In this document: piece by piece, positions 8,489 through 17,459 of the stretch
Position numbering within the stretch: the stretch's first letter is position 1
How the letters are laid out: each line of letters opens with the position of its first letter
Source of the DNA: Candidatus Udaeobacter sp.
GTDB lineage: Bacteria; Verrucomicrobiota; Verrucomicrobiia; Chthoniobacterales; UBA10450
Length of the DNA: 64,000 bases
Direction of reading: 5' to 3'
NCBI GenBank assembly: GCA_035651975.1
Contig: DASREQ010000069.1
Location: 3,235 to 67,234, forward strand
The notes under the pieces: generated by a model
The model's database searches: none
The model's input: the letters and a program-made list of their open reading frames with translations, nothing else
What the model was told of the DNA's origin: nothing
Translations under genes and position numbers: made by a program

Positions 8489-9475
8489 TCAGGCGACCCA
8501 ATCGCACCAGCAAGAGATATCAAAATAGTCAGCCAGCTCCCAGAAAAAGATGAGTAATGAAAAACCATATCGCGCCGGCCATTCTCTCGCCGGCCCGCCC
8601 AGTTCTGCGGCGCACGCCTTGAGTTCTTTCTTAAAAAACTGCGCCAGCGCGGAACGTACCTTGGCAATTATCGGAAGTTTTTTCCAACCGGATTGGGTAT
8701 TATAGTCCGGGCTGAGGGGACCGCTCGGCTTGCGGGGATCGGCGCCCAGGAAACTTAGTATCGAACGTCGCAGTCCAGCGGGATCTCTTTCCAGGTCGTC
8801 AAAGAAATAGATGCGAAAGAGATCCGGGCAAACATGACGCCGCCAGCGCGCGACAATTTTGCTTGGATACGAGCGGAGGAACACTGCGGGGTTCAGCAGA
8901 TACCGAGTCACCTCATTCACGTCCGTGGTGTCACAAGGGGGGACGCCCCGGACGCGGGCATCCATCGATAATTGCGACCAGGCGCGCTCTACTGGATCGC
9001 GCGCCAGAAAAATCACCTTCAAATTTGGGAAATAACTGACGATTTGTTCAATAAGCTCATCATTCAGTAACGAATAGGCTGGCGTAATATCGCCGGCCAG
9101 CAGTCCGGTCTTGGGCTGGAATAAGCGTGAGTAACCATGCAGATCAATGTAAGATTGTGCACCGAGTTTAGTTATTCTCTCCAAAAACCACTGATCGCGC
9201 CCATCTTTGCAACGAGGCGCGTTGGGCCGTTTAACTTTGCTCAGCGCGTCGAAGTAATGCAGTTCCTTGACGGGAGGCATCCAGAAATCAGGATGCAAGC
9301 TGAGCTGGTGATAAAGCCATGATGTTCCCCCTTTCTGAGCCCCAACGCACAAGAAATCGGGGCAGGCGGCGTCTAAGTGATTATCCTCTTCGTTTCGATC
9401 GTCGTTTACGCGAGGTTTCAGTGGCCAGGCCAGACGCATGGCCGCATTATTTTCCATCGCGCAGTCAAAAAGCAA
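8489..9475 (-). CDS. sulfotransferase family protein (paralog 2, tandem duplicate)
   Basis: Colinear with 7547-8425 along its whole length (PDFLCVGAQKGGTSWLYHQL, FLARDPVERAWS, C-terminal ELGGPAREWPARYGF). The start may be a later Met (9457). Confidence 0.75.
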   Translation of the reverse strand: MLFDCAMENNAAMRLAWPLKPRVNDDRNEEDNHLDAACPDFLCVGAQKGGTSWLYHQLSLHPDFWMPPVKELHYFDALSKVKRPNAPRCKDGRDQWFLERITKLGAQSYIDLHGYSRLFQPKTGLLAGDITPAYSLLNDELIEQIVSYFPNLKVIFLARDPVERAWSQLSMDARVRGVPPCDTTDVNEVTRYLLNPAVFLRSYPSKIVARWRRHVCPDLFRIYFFDDLERDPAGLRRSILSFLGADPRKPSGPLSPDYNTQSGWKKLPIIAKVRSALAQFFKKELKACAAELGGPAREWPARYGFSLLIFFWELADYFDISCWCDWVA

Positions 9476-9545
9476 GATCGGAGCACGAGCAGGGTCACGC
9501 CCCTGAGCCGTAAAGCGTGAATTGACCTGCTTGCGCTGATCGGGG

Positions 9546-10208
9546 GTGAATTCGAAATTTCGACCAATGAATCAGACCGCGCCTTACCGCCTTTTTCTGC
9601 TCTCACCCGCCTACGCCGGTGGTGAACGAGCGCGGATGATTCTGAGCAATCGGGCGGAATTCGAACTCGCGCGAAAATTGCGCGACAAACGGGGCGCGCC
9701 AATCGCCGAGGTGTTCACTTTTCTTAGTGGCCTCTACTTCCGCGGCAAGATCGCCTATGCGACTGCATTTGCCCGGCCCGCGCCTGGAATGCCCGGAATT
9801 TTGGTGATCACGCCTACCCATGGCCTTGTCGATGCCAGAGCGCTCATCCGTCTCGATCAGCTGCGTGAATTTGCCACAGTCGATATCCACAAGGACGATC
9901 CGCGGTATCGGGAGCCGATTGAGCGAGACGCCCGTGTTCTTGCAAGAAAACTGCCGCGTCAGAGCGAGATCATTCTTCTGGGCAGTATTGCCACTGGAAA
10001 ATATGTGAACGTTCTGCTGGCGAGTTTTGGCGACCGGCTCCTATTTCCCGTTGACTTCGTTGGTCGCGGCGACATGAGCCGTGGCGGGTTGATGTTACGC
10101 TGTGCCATGGATCGGCAGGAGCTTCCCTACATCACAATGGCGGGCGCGATTGTTAATGGGAAACGCCCGCCCAGGCTCACTCCGCGCAGATATCATTCCG
10201 CATCATGA
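9546..10208 (+). CDS. conserved hypothetical protein
   Basis: 220-aa ORF divergent from the sulfotransferase pair, with coding-like composition. I do not recognise a family (LLSPAYAGGERA..., FVGRGDMSRGGLMLR). Confidence 0.5.
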   Translation: MNSKFRPMNQTAPYRLFLLSPAYAGGERARMILSNRAEFELARKLRDKRGAPIAEVFTFLSGLYFRGKIAYATAFARPAPGMPGILVITPTHGLVDARALIRLDQLREFATVDIHKDDPRYREPIERDARVLARKLPRQSEIILLGSIATGKYVNVLLASFGDRLLFPVDFVGRGDMSRGGLMLRCAMDRQELPYITMAGAIVNGKRPPRLTPRRYHSAS

Positions 10209-10296
10209 TTCCTGGTTTATTTGTTTTGCGTCGCAGGCCGGTGTTGCCTTATGTTAAAGTTCCTGCTGTTTCGGCAGCAAAGATTTTCTGGATGCC

Positions 10297-10749
10297 ATGG
10301 ATGTTAGCGGTACGATCGGCGCGATTCTGAGTCAGAAAAGCAAAGATATTTTTTCCATTCGATCCGACGCATTGGTTTTTGAAGCGATTGAAATGATGGA
10401 TGAAAAAAATGTCGGTGCGTTGTTGGTGATGGATGGAGATCGATTGAATGGGATCATTTCCGAGCGCGATTACACCCGCAAGGTTTTCCTCCGCGGCAAA
10501 CGTTCGCGGGAAACCAAGGTTTCCGAGATCATGTCAACCAATGTGACTGTTACGCATCCGCGCGAACCAGTAGAGAAATGTCTGCGGCTGATGACGGACA
10601 AGCACATTCGGCATCTGCCCGTGGTCGAAGGCGATCGGGTGGTGGGGGTGATCTCGATCGGTGACCTCGTTAAACACGTCATTTCCTGTCAGCAGGCCGC
10701 CATTGCACACCTGGAAAATTACATCCACGGCGGATACGTTGCGGGGTAG
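10297..10749 (+). CDS. CBS domain-containing protein (tandem CBS pair)
   Basis: 150 aa with two CBS repeats (VGALLVMDGDRLNGIISERD and IRHLPVVEGDRVVGVISIGDL). Confidence 0.85.
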   Translation: MDVSGTIGAILSQKSKDIFSIRSDALVFEAIEMMDEKNVGALLVMDGDRLNGIISERDYTRKVFLRGKRSRETKVSEIMSTNVTVTHPREPVEKCLRLMTDKHIRHLPVVEGDRVVGVISIGDLVKHVISCQQAAIAHLENYIHGGYVAG

Positions 10750-10753
10750 ATTT

Positions 10754-10812
10754 GCAGGCGTCTGTGTCAGACGCCCACCCAGTTAGATCGGCGTTTCGCA
10801 GAAACGCCCTAC
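10754..10812. repeat. REPIN-type double hairpin (copy A)
   Basis: GCAGGCGTCTG-tgt-CAGACGCC, then 14 nt, then GGCGTTTC-gca-GAAACGCCCTAC. It is nearly identical to the reverse complement of 45832-45890. Confidence 0.85.
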
Positions 10813-12125
10813 AGCTTCCAAACCGTCTTGCCGCCGACGATTGTTCGGACCGCTCGACCTTTCAGCTTCCAATCGTCGAAAGGCGAATTGCGAGAGGCCG
10901 ATTGAAATCGATCGATGTTAACAGTCCACTTCAGGCCCGGATCGATTAGCGTGACGTCGGCGCGGGTGCCAGGTGACAAAGTGCCCGCATCGAGCTTTAA
11001 CAAGCGCGCCGGCTCGATGGTGTACATCTCAATCAAACGCCCGATGTCGATGCTGGCGTGTTTATGCACGAGCAGATCGATAAAAAGACCGAGCTCGGTC
11101 TCCAATCCAATGATACCAAATGGCGCGACGTCGAACTCGACTTCCTTTTCGAAATCCGCGTGCGGCGCGTGATCGGAACACAAGATCGATACGGTCCCAT
11201 CGCTGATGCCCTCCAGCAATGCCTCGACATCTGTTTGCGAGCGCAGCGGCGGATTCATTTTGTAGTTCGTGTCGAAATTCTGGATCGCCTCGTCAGTTAA
11301 CGCGATGTGATGCGGACAAACCTCCCCGCTTATTTTTACACCGCGCTTTCGAGCTTCCCGAAGTAGCCGGACGCTGCCGGCTGCAGTGAGGTGTTGGCAA
11401 TGGATCGGGTGGTCGCAAAGTTCCGCGAGCAGAATATTGCGCATCACCATCGTTTCTTCGCCTGCAGCAGGCCAGCCGGGTAAACCCAGCAGCGTGCTCC
11501 AGTAGCCCTCGTGAATAACCCCATTGCCGACCAGATTGTAATCCTGACAATGATCGAGCACCGGCAAATCAACCATGCGAGCATACTCGACCGCGCGTCG
11601 CATCACCTCGTGGTTTTGAATGCAATGACCATCATCGGTGATCGCCACAACGCCTGCCTTCGCGAGAGATCCGATGGAGGCGAGCTCCTCACCCGCGAGG
11701 TCTTTTGAAATTGCGCCGGCTGGCAAAACATTCACACATGCCACTTCCGCCGCGCGATCTTTGATCCACGCAATCGTGCTGGGATTGTCCGAAGCTGGCG
11801 AAGTATTCGGCATGCAGACAACCGTGGTGAATCCACCCGCTGCTGCCGCGCGTGCGCCCGACTCAATTGTTTCCTTGTGACTGAATCCGGGCTCGCGCAG
11901 GTGGACATGCATGTCGATCAAACCCGGTGCAACGATCAAACCTTTCGCGTCAATCTCTTCGATTTCAGGTCGCCCGCGGCGGGTAAACTGCTCGCGGATT
12001 CCGGATTGAGCGGCAATCCTTCCCTCAACGATCAAAAGGTCGGCGATTTCGTCTCGCTTGTTTGCAGGATCGATCACGCGGCCGTGTCGAATGATGGTCG
12101 TGCTCACGCCGAGATCCCTCCGCAT
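10809..12125 (-). CDS. pyrC: dihydroorotase
   Basis: Motifs [10 protein letters not shown], ...DHAPH... and a TIM-barrel amidohydrolase layout. The ORF is open to 12257, but that part overlaps pyrB. Likely starts are ATG 12125 or GTG 12107, the latter in a GTGA overlap with the pyrB stop. Confidence 0.9.
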   Translation of the reverse strand: MRRDLGVSTTIIRHGRVIDPANKRDEIADLLIVEGRIAAQSGIREQFTRRGRPEIEEIDAKGLIVAPGLIDMHVHLREPGFSHKETIESGARAAAAGGFTTVVCMPNTSPASDNPSTIAWIKDRAAEVACVNVLPAGAISKDLAGEELASIGSLAKAGVVAITDDGHCIQNHEVMRRAVEYARMVDLPVLDHCQDYNLVGNGVIHEGYWSTLLGLPGWPAAGEETMVMRNILLAELCDHPIHCQHLTAAGSVRLLREARKRGVKISGEVCPHHIALTDEAIQNFDTNYKMNPPLRSQTDVEALLEGISDGTVSILCSDHAPHADFEKEVEFDVAPFGIIGLETELGLFIDLLVHKHASIDIGRLIEMYTIEPARLLKLDAGTLSPGTRADVTLIDPGLKWTVNIDRFQSASRNSPFDDWKLKGRAVRTIVGGKTVWKL

Positions 12126-13033
12126 AGATAGAGGACAGCCATGCGAACAGCGAGGCCGTTGGTGACTTGATCGAGAATGACGCTGTGCAATCCATCGGCG
12201 ACCTCGCTGTCGATCTCGACTCCGCGGTTGATGGGACCGGGATGCATGATGAGACAATCTGGTTTTAGCAGTTTGGCGCGCTCTTTGGTGAGACCGAAGA
12301 ACCGAATGTATTCGCCGATTCCGGGAAAATATTCTCTACGCTGGCGTTCGTGCTGAATGCGCAAAAGATTTACCACATCGGCTTTGGGCAGTACCTCGTC
12401 GATCTTGTGGGAAATTTCGACCCCAAGTTTCGCAAATTCGCGGGGAACCAATGTGCTTGGGCCGACCAGCGTGACGCGTGCGCCGAGCTTGAGCAGACCA
12501 AAAATGTTCGAGCGCGCAACGCGACTAAACAAGATATCGCCGACGATCGCCACGTGCAGCCCGGCGATCTGCCCTCGCTTTTCGCGGATTGTGTAGAGGT
12601 CGAGCAATGCCTGAGTGGGATGCTCGTGCGCCCCGTCGCCGGCGTTGATCACGCTCGCTTTCAGCCGATTCGCCAGGAATTGTGGTGCGCCAGCCGAGCT
12701 GTGACGAAGCACGAGAATATCGGCATGCAATGCCTGCAGATTGCGCGCGGTGTCTTTGAGTGTTTCGCCTTTGGTCAGACTGGAAGTAATTGCTGAGAGA
12801 TTGATTACGTCTGCGCTCAGCCGAAGCGCGGCCAGCTCAAAAGAGGTGCGTGTCCGCGTGCTCGGCTCGACGAAAAAATTCACCAATGTTTTTCCGCGCA
12901 GCGACGGGACCTTCTTGATCTCGCGGGTACCGACCTGCTTGAATGCGTCGGCGGTTTCCAGAATAAAATTGATTTCGCCTGCCGAAAGTTCGCGCAGGCC
13001 TAACAGATCTTTTCGTATCCAGTGTGCGGTCAT
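12104..13033 (-). CDS. pyrB: aspartate carbamoyltransferase catalytic subunit
   Basis: Motifs [17 protein letters not shown] and HPGP. ATG 13033 ([13 protein letters not shown]) fits family N-termini and clears the pyrR stop at 13065. Confidence 0.93.
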   Translation of the reverse strand: MTAHWIRKDLLGLRELSAGEINFILETADAFKQVGTREIKKVPSLRGKTLVNFFVEPSTRTRTSFELAALRLSADVINLSAITSSLTKGETLKDTARNLQALHADILVLRHSSAGAPQFLANRLKASVINAGDGAHEHPTQALLDLYTIREKRGQIAGLHVAIVGDILFSRVARSNIFGLLKLGARVTLVGPSTLVPREFAKLGVEISHKIDEVLPKADVVNLLRIQHERQRREYFPGIGEYIRFFGLTKERAKLLKPDCLIMHPGPINRGVEIDSEVADGLHSVILDQVTNGLAVRMAVLYLCGGISA

Positions 13034-13064
13034 CTTTGGGGCACGAATTTGCGTCGAGGCATGA

Positions 13065-13628
13065 TCATCCTTTTCCCAACCAGACGGCGTCTGGTTTGTT
13101 ATCCGTTTCTTGAAGTTGAACCTGCACCTTTTCGCCACCCGACGTAGGTAGATTCTTGCCAACGTAATCCGGGCGAATCGGCAGCTCGCGATGGCCGCGG
13201 TCGATCAGGACCGCGAGCTGAATTCTCGCGGGCCGTCCGAATGAATTGATGGCGTCCATGGCGGCGCGAACAGTGCGGCCCGTGAAAAGGACATCGTCGA
13301 CGATGATGACGGTGCGCTCTTCCAGCGGGAGCGGAAGTTTTGATTCACGCACCATGGGCAATTCGGAGCGCGTACCCACGTCATCGCGATGCATGGCCAC
13401 GTCGATAACACCCGTCTCGACGTTGATCTCTTCGATGTCGTGAACAAAACCCGCGACGCGACGGGCGATTTCCACTCCGCGCGACGGAATTCCCGCCAGC
13501 ACGACGTGTGTCAGTTGCGGATTTCGCTCGATGATTTCGTGCGCAATTCGTCGAAGCGCTCGACTAATTGCCTCCGCGTCCATGATTGGGACGGCGGCAC
13601 CAGATTTCTTTTGTTTTGCTTGTTTCAT
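13065..13628 (-). CDS. pyrR: bifunctional pyrimidine operon regulator / uracil phosphoribosyltransferase
   Basis: Motifs [17 protein letters not shown] and the PRPP loop [20 protein letters not shown] 13628 is preceded by AAGGAAAC. Alternatives are GTG 13649 and ATG 13583. Confidence 0.9.
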   Translation of the reverse strand: MKQAKQKKSGAAVPIMDAEAISRALRRIAHEIIERNPQLTHVVLAGIPSRGVEIARRVAGFVHDIEEINVETGVIDVAMHRDDVGTRSELPMVRESKLPLPLEERTVIIVDDVLFTGRTVRAAMDAINSFGRPARIQLAVLIDRGHRELPIRPDYVGKNLPTSGGEKVQVQLQETDNKPDAVWLGKG

Positions 13629-13639
13629 TGGTTTCCTTG

Positions 13640-13657
13640 GCGACCTCACAGGACCGC
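13640..13657 (-). promoter_or_regulatory. possible PyrR-binding RNA hairpin in the pyrR leader
   Basis: The minus-strand RNA GCGGUCCUGUGAGGUCGC folds as a hairpin. Its core UCCUGUGAGGU resembles my recalled PyrR binding-loop consensus UCCAGAGAGGY. It lies 12 nt upstream of ATG 13628. Confidence 0.35.
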
Positions 13658-13674
13658 ATTAAAGGAATAAAAAT

Positions 13675-13920
13675 TCAGGAGGCGGACTTTTCGGTGCGCG
13701 CCTCCTTTCTTCGTCGCTCTCGCCAGTTGGAGCGATGTTTCACGATCCAATCGAGCAAGGCCTTTTCGAAGCCGATGTCTTTTCCGGCTTTTTCGCTCTC
13801 GATCCATTTGTGTTTCAGGATCTCGGCACGTTCCGCGAGAAACTCCTTGTACAGGACCGAATTCTTAACGAATTGAGATTGATCCTCCTCAGAAAATGGC
13901 ATCTCAGGACTCTCTTTCAT
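13675..13920 (-). CDS. small conserved hypothetical protein
   Basis: 81-aa ORF immediately upstream of pyrR on the same strand. It has a charged helical sequence (HKWIESEKAGKDIGFEKALLDWIVKH). Family not recognised. Confidence 0.5.
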   Translation of the reverse strand: MKESPEMPFSEEDQSQFVKNSVLYKEFLAERAEILKHKWIESEKAGKDIGFEKALLDWIVKHRSNWRERRRKEARTEKSAS

Positions 13921-14021
13921 AAAATCTGGGACGAGTCAACAAAATCGACGCAATCGAATTCGACGTGGTCATCGCCTTATTTATTTAACTCTCGACTCCA
14001 ATCGCAGTTGTGGACTCGTTA

Positions 14022-15062
14022 CTAGACCAGCGTCTTACGAAGAGTTTCGGCAATTCTTTTGAACTCGACTGCTACCGGGGACTTTGGATCTTCGCCTACA
14101 ATTGGGATGCCACGATCGCCCGACTCGCGCGTGGCGATGTCGATGGGAATTTGACCAAGCAGCGGGACACGGAGTCGCTTTGCCTCGCGTTCGCCACCGC
14201 CACTTCCAAAGATATGGTAGCGTTTGCCGTCAGACGGAGAGATGAAGTAACTCATATTTTCAATCAGCCCGAGCACGGGAACGTTGACCTTCTCGAACAT
14301 CGTCGCGGCTTTGCGCGCATCGATGAGCGCAACTTCCTGAGGCGTGGTTACCACAATTGCGCCGGAAAGCGCCACGGTCTGGACGATGGTGAGCTGAATG
14401 TCGCCAGTGCCCGGAGGCAAGTCCAGCACGAGATAATCCAGTTCGCCCCATTCCACCTGCCTCAGAAATTGCTGGGTGTAACGCGTTACCATTGGTCCAC
14501 GCAAGATCGCTGGTGAGGTGTCGTCGAGCAGAAATCCCATCGACATGAGCCGTAATCCGTATTGCTCGATCGGGACGATTTTGTTTTCTTCCGTCGCCAT
14601 TGGTCGCTCGCGTGTGCCGAACATTAGTGACATGCTCGGGCCATAGATGTCGCAATCGCACAAGCCAACGCGTGCCCCGGTTTGCTCCAAGGCAACCGCC
14701 AGATTTGCTGCAATCGTCGATTTGCCTACGCCGCCCTTGCCGCTTGCTACCGCGATGACATGCCCGATCCCCGGGATCCGGGTCGCCCCCATGCCGGCGC
14801 CGGCGCCTGTGGGCGGCGCATGAATGTCGATCAGCACCTTTGCGCGCTGAACGCCTTCAATGGCTCGCAGCGCTTGTTCGGCATCGTTCTTAATGGTCGC
14901 TGGAACGTTTGGATCGTTCGTCGCCAGCGCGATCTGTACCTTGACCTCGCCGCTCTCGATTTGGACCGATTTCACAAGGCCGAACGAAACAATGTCGCGC
15001 GTAAAGCCGGGATATTTCACCGACTTCAAAGCGTTCTTCACCTGTTCTTCAGAAATCGACAT
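14022..15062 (-). CDS. apbC: Mrp/NBP35-family iron-sulfur cluster carrier ATPase with N-terminal DUF59-like domain
   Basis: Deviant Walker A (VASGKGGVGKSTIAANLA), a Mrp signature region and an N-terminal MIP18/DUF59-like segment (VKNALKSVKYPGFTRDIVSFGLV). Confidence 0.92.
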   Translation of the reverse strand: MSISEEQVKNALKSVKYPGFTRDIVSFGLVKSVQIESGEVKVQIALATNDPNVPATIKNDAEQALRAIEGVQRAKVLIDIHAPPTGAGAGMGATRIPGIGHVIAVASGKGGVGKSTIAANLAVALEQTGARVGLCDCDIYGPSMSLMFGTRERPMATEENKIVPIEQYGLRLMSMGFLLDDTSPAILRGPMVTRYTQQFLRQVEWGELDYLVLDLPPGTGDIQLTIVQTVALSGAIVVTTPQEVALIDARKAATMFEKVNVPVLGLIENMSYFISPSDGKRYHIFGSGGGEREAKRLRVPLLGQIPIDIATRESGDRGIPIVGEDPKSPVAVEFKRIAETLRKTLV

Positions 15063-15212
15063 ATCAGAACCTTACGCGCGCCGCGCTGGAGGTAAACCAT
15101 GCGGTCGTAGAAGTCAGGGTGGATCGGCTTCTCCTGAAGACGATGGCAGAAGGATAGCCGAAGCCGCCACTTTCTTGCCAACGCGTTTAGGGAAACGCGT
15201 TCCGCCTGGGAG

Positions 15213-15956
15213 TTATCGGTCTTGATAATCCATTTTATAGCGAATCTGATACTCGCTTCTGCCAGTCGGGCGGGAAGGTTGCTGGCCCGCTTTCGCTACA
15301 AAGTCCGGGTTTTGCCAGTCAGACCAGGTGCGATATTTGGCCCTCATTGGATTGGCGGGCAACTTGAGACGAAAAATTTTATCTTCCTGGCCGGGAAATT
15401 TTAGGACGAGCAGGCGCTGCGAGGTTCGGAAATAAAGTTCGACGTAACCTGCGCGGACGCTCGAGTCTTGAGGCGCGTCCGTGTGCCAGTACCCTGGCAT
15501 CGCGTTTCGGTCTGTATTGAGCTCCGGTTCAACCTCAGCCAGACCTTGGACGGACTGACCACCGGGTGGTCTCACCTCAAATTCCAGCAGCGGCGTCGGA
15601 CCATTGATATTCAGAACGTGCGGTTGACCGCTGTACCAGATTCCGAAACCGGACGCCGCAATAACAACGAGCGATATACAAACGGCGACCAACCCGACAA
15701 AAAGATAAAGCCCTCGTGTGCCGCGCCAGTAAAGCGTGAGAAGAATCAGCCCTGGAGCCACGATGCACGTCACCAGCAGCGCGATCGCAGCGGCAAAATA
15801 GCCGGCCCCACCTTCAAATGTAGAGACGTGAAACGTGGCTGCGAGAGCCGCTCCCAAAGCGAAACCGAGAAATAGTCCGGCCGCGATGCCGATAATTCCC
15901 GCGAGAATTCCGAAAAGAATTGTGCTGACGGAAAGTTTTTTCGTCGCTGATTGCAC
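15213..15956 (-). CDS. hypothetical integral membrane protein
   Basis: This is the downstream part of the 420-codon ORF. It has four hydrophobic segments (ILFGILAGIIGIAAGLFLGFALGAALA...) and then a soluble C-terminal domain. I chose GTG 15956 just after the upstream gene's stop. ATG 16055 is an alternative. Confidence 0.5.
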   Translation of the reverse strand: MQSATKKLSVSTILFGILAGIIGIAAGLFLGFALGAALAATFHVSTFEGGAGYFAAAIALLVTCIVAPGLILLTLYWRGTRGLYLFVGLVAVCISLVVIAASGFGIWYSGQPHVLNINGPTPLLEFEVRPPGGQSVQGLAEVEPELNTDRNAMPGYWHTDAPQDSSVRAGYVELYFRTSQRLLVLKFPGQEDKIFRLKLPANPMRAKYRTWSDWQNPDFVAKAGQQPSRPTGRSEYQIRYKMDYQDR

Positions 15957-15964
15957 CGGAGTGT

Positions 15965-16420
15965 TCAGGGCGAGGTCGCCGGTATCGGAGCCTGAAGCAA
16001 GTCGATCCGCCGATGCGTTTTCGCGATCTCTACGACGAGACCCGAATAGTTCCATCGGCCAAGCGATTTGTTTGCTGCCACGTAAATCGTCCCTTTCCCA
16101 TTTGGGCCAGAAATTGGAATCGACAGGTTCGCTTCCCCGGACGCTCCGTTCACGTTCGTGTTCCCCGAGACGAGAAATCCTTCCCTGATCGGGGTGCCGA
16201 GGGCCTCGATTACAGAAGGGTGCGCCTGTGCGCGGGCCAAAGCCTCTTTGTAAACGTCCGTTGACTTTACCGCGCTGAAAACGATCAAGACAACCGAGAC
16301 AACAAAAGCGACGAGCAATGTTAAAGTGCCGAGACAGCCGACCGGCACGAACCATTTCCAATTTCGTTTCCACCAGTTGGGTCTCGGCGTTAGCGAAACT
16401 GCGGGTGGGCTCTGCTGCAT
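15965..16420 (-). CDS. membrane-anchored protein, Coa1-like (cytochrome oxidase assembly protein 1-like) fold suspected
   Basis: 151-aa ORF in a different frame from the long 15213-16475 ORF. It has an N-terminal TM anchor (WFVPVGCLGTLTLLVAFVVSVVLIVF) followed by ...ALGTPI..G..VSG....NG.SG.A.L...ISG..G.G.....A.K..G.W, a pattern I recall from bacterial Coa1/DUF1783-like proteins. Confidence 0.5.
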   Translation of the reverse strand: MQQSPPAVSLTPRPNWWKRNWKWFVPVGCLGTLTLLVAFVVSVVLIVFSAVKSTDVYKEALARAQAHPSVIEALGTPIREGFLVSGNTNVNGASGEANLSIPISGPNGKGTIYVAANKSLGRWNYSGLVVEIAKTHRRIDLLQAPIPATSP

Positions 16421-16578
16421 GAAGTCTTTCTACTTCACCCGCGAAGCTTTTTGCAATCATCTCTTCAAGGAGCAACGGCTTCCAAATTGTCGAAGGCGCA
16501 TGACGGCCTGGGAAACCGTCACTCCTTGGGGTCTCCGCTTCGCTTCAGGCTTGACGGGTCTAACTAGTACCTGGCAAA

Positions 16579-16974
16579 ATGGCCGCCATGAAAAAACTAT
16601 CCTTTCTCCAGCTTCTTTTCGCAGGCGCGGCGGTTGCGCTCGTCGGTGCTTGTGCAACTACTTCACGCTCCGGCCCGGCTGCGCTGGCGGGCACATGGAC
16701 CAACTCACTCGGCACCATCTGGACGATGAAGGCCGACGGAACGTTTGAAGTCGACAGGAATCACGACGGCAAACGCGATATCTGGGGCACCTACACGGTC
16801 GCTGGAGACACCGTGACAATTCAAGGCACCGGAGCCAAAACCCCGAAAGGCTGCACAGGCCCCGGCGTTTACAAATTTAGTCGACCCAACGAAAACAGCC
16901 TGACCTTTACGTTGGTCAGTGACACCTGCAGGGACCGGAAGAAAAACGTATTGCTCGCCTGGCATCAGAAATAA
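16579..16974 (+). CDS. putative lipoprotein (lipocalin-like small beta-protein)
   Basis: Signal peptide with a lipobox-like LVGAC, followed by a 110-aa Gly/Thr-rich beta-type sequence (GTWTNSLGTIWTMKADGTFEVD...). Confidence 0.55.
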   Translation: MAAMKKLSFLQLLFAGAAVALVGACATTSRSGPAALAGTWTNSLGTIWTMKADGTFEVDRNHDGKRDIWGTYTVAGDTVTIQGTGAKTPKGCTGPGVYKFSRPNENSLTFTLVSDTCRDRKKNVLLAWHQK

Positions 16975-17122
16975 CCGCCCGGGAGCCATGGCTGGCTATC
17001 TTGTTGTAGCCGCCATCATTGATGCCTGTCTCCGAAATGCAGGCACTGCCGTAGAGATTACCAATTCCGGCCCCAGATGAGGCGGTCGAATTCGATCGCC
17101 GCTGGCCGGACGCCTGCACTGC

Positions 17123-17356
17123 TCAGACGCGGTCTTTTAATTGCGTTTTGCCCGCGGTGCGCGCGCAATGGACGCAGCAATAGATTTCCCCATCGGCTTC
17201 CACCCCGTGCCCGACGATCCGGCAGTTGCAGTGTGGGCAGACCGGTGCCAGCGCGTGGATTGCGCATTCGAAGCTATCGAACGTGTGATGCTTCCCGGCA
17301 ACGACCACTTCAAACGCCTTGTCATATTCGTTCTCGCAAACTTCGCATGTAGCCAT
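17123..17356 (-). CDS. small cysteine/histidine-rich (putative metal-binding) protein
   Basis: 77 aa from ATG 17356: MATCEVCENEYDKAFEV...FDSFECAIHALAPVCPHCNCRIVGHG...YCCVHCA, with 9 Cys and 6 His in CxxC-type spacing. Confidence 0.6.
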   Translation of the reverse strand: MATCEVCENEYDKAFEVVVAGKHHTFDSFECAIHALAPVCPHCNCRIVGHGVEADGEIYCCVHCARTAGKTQLKDRV

Positions 17357-17459
17357 ACAGAATTGTTTCGCGCCTCGGAAGCTTTGCGGCGGTGTGTCCA
17401 CCTGGCTTTGAGAAATTAGAGATCACACGGGAAAGTGATACTTTGCTTCGGAGGCGGTC

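Noticed and set aside
12126-12257. N-terminal extension of pyrC (and likewise pyrB to 13162, folB to 51762, prcB to 43686)
   Set aside because: The extensions overlap the 3' end of the upstream gene or a pseudogene remnant and have Arg/Ser/His-rich non-protein-like sequence. Internal starts reproduce the family N-termini.
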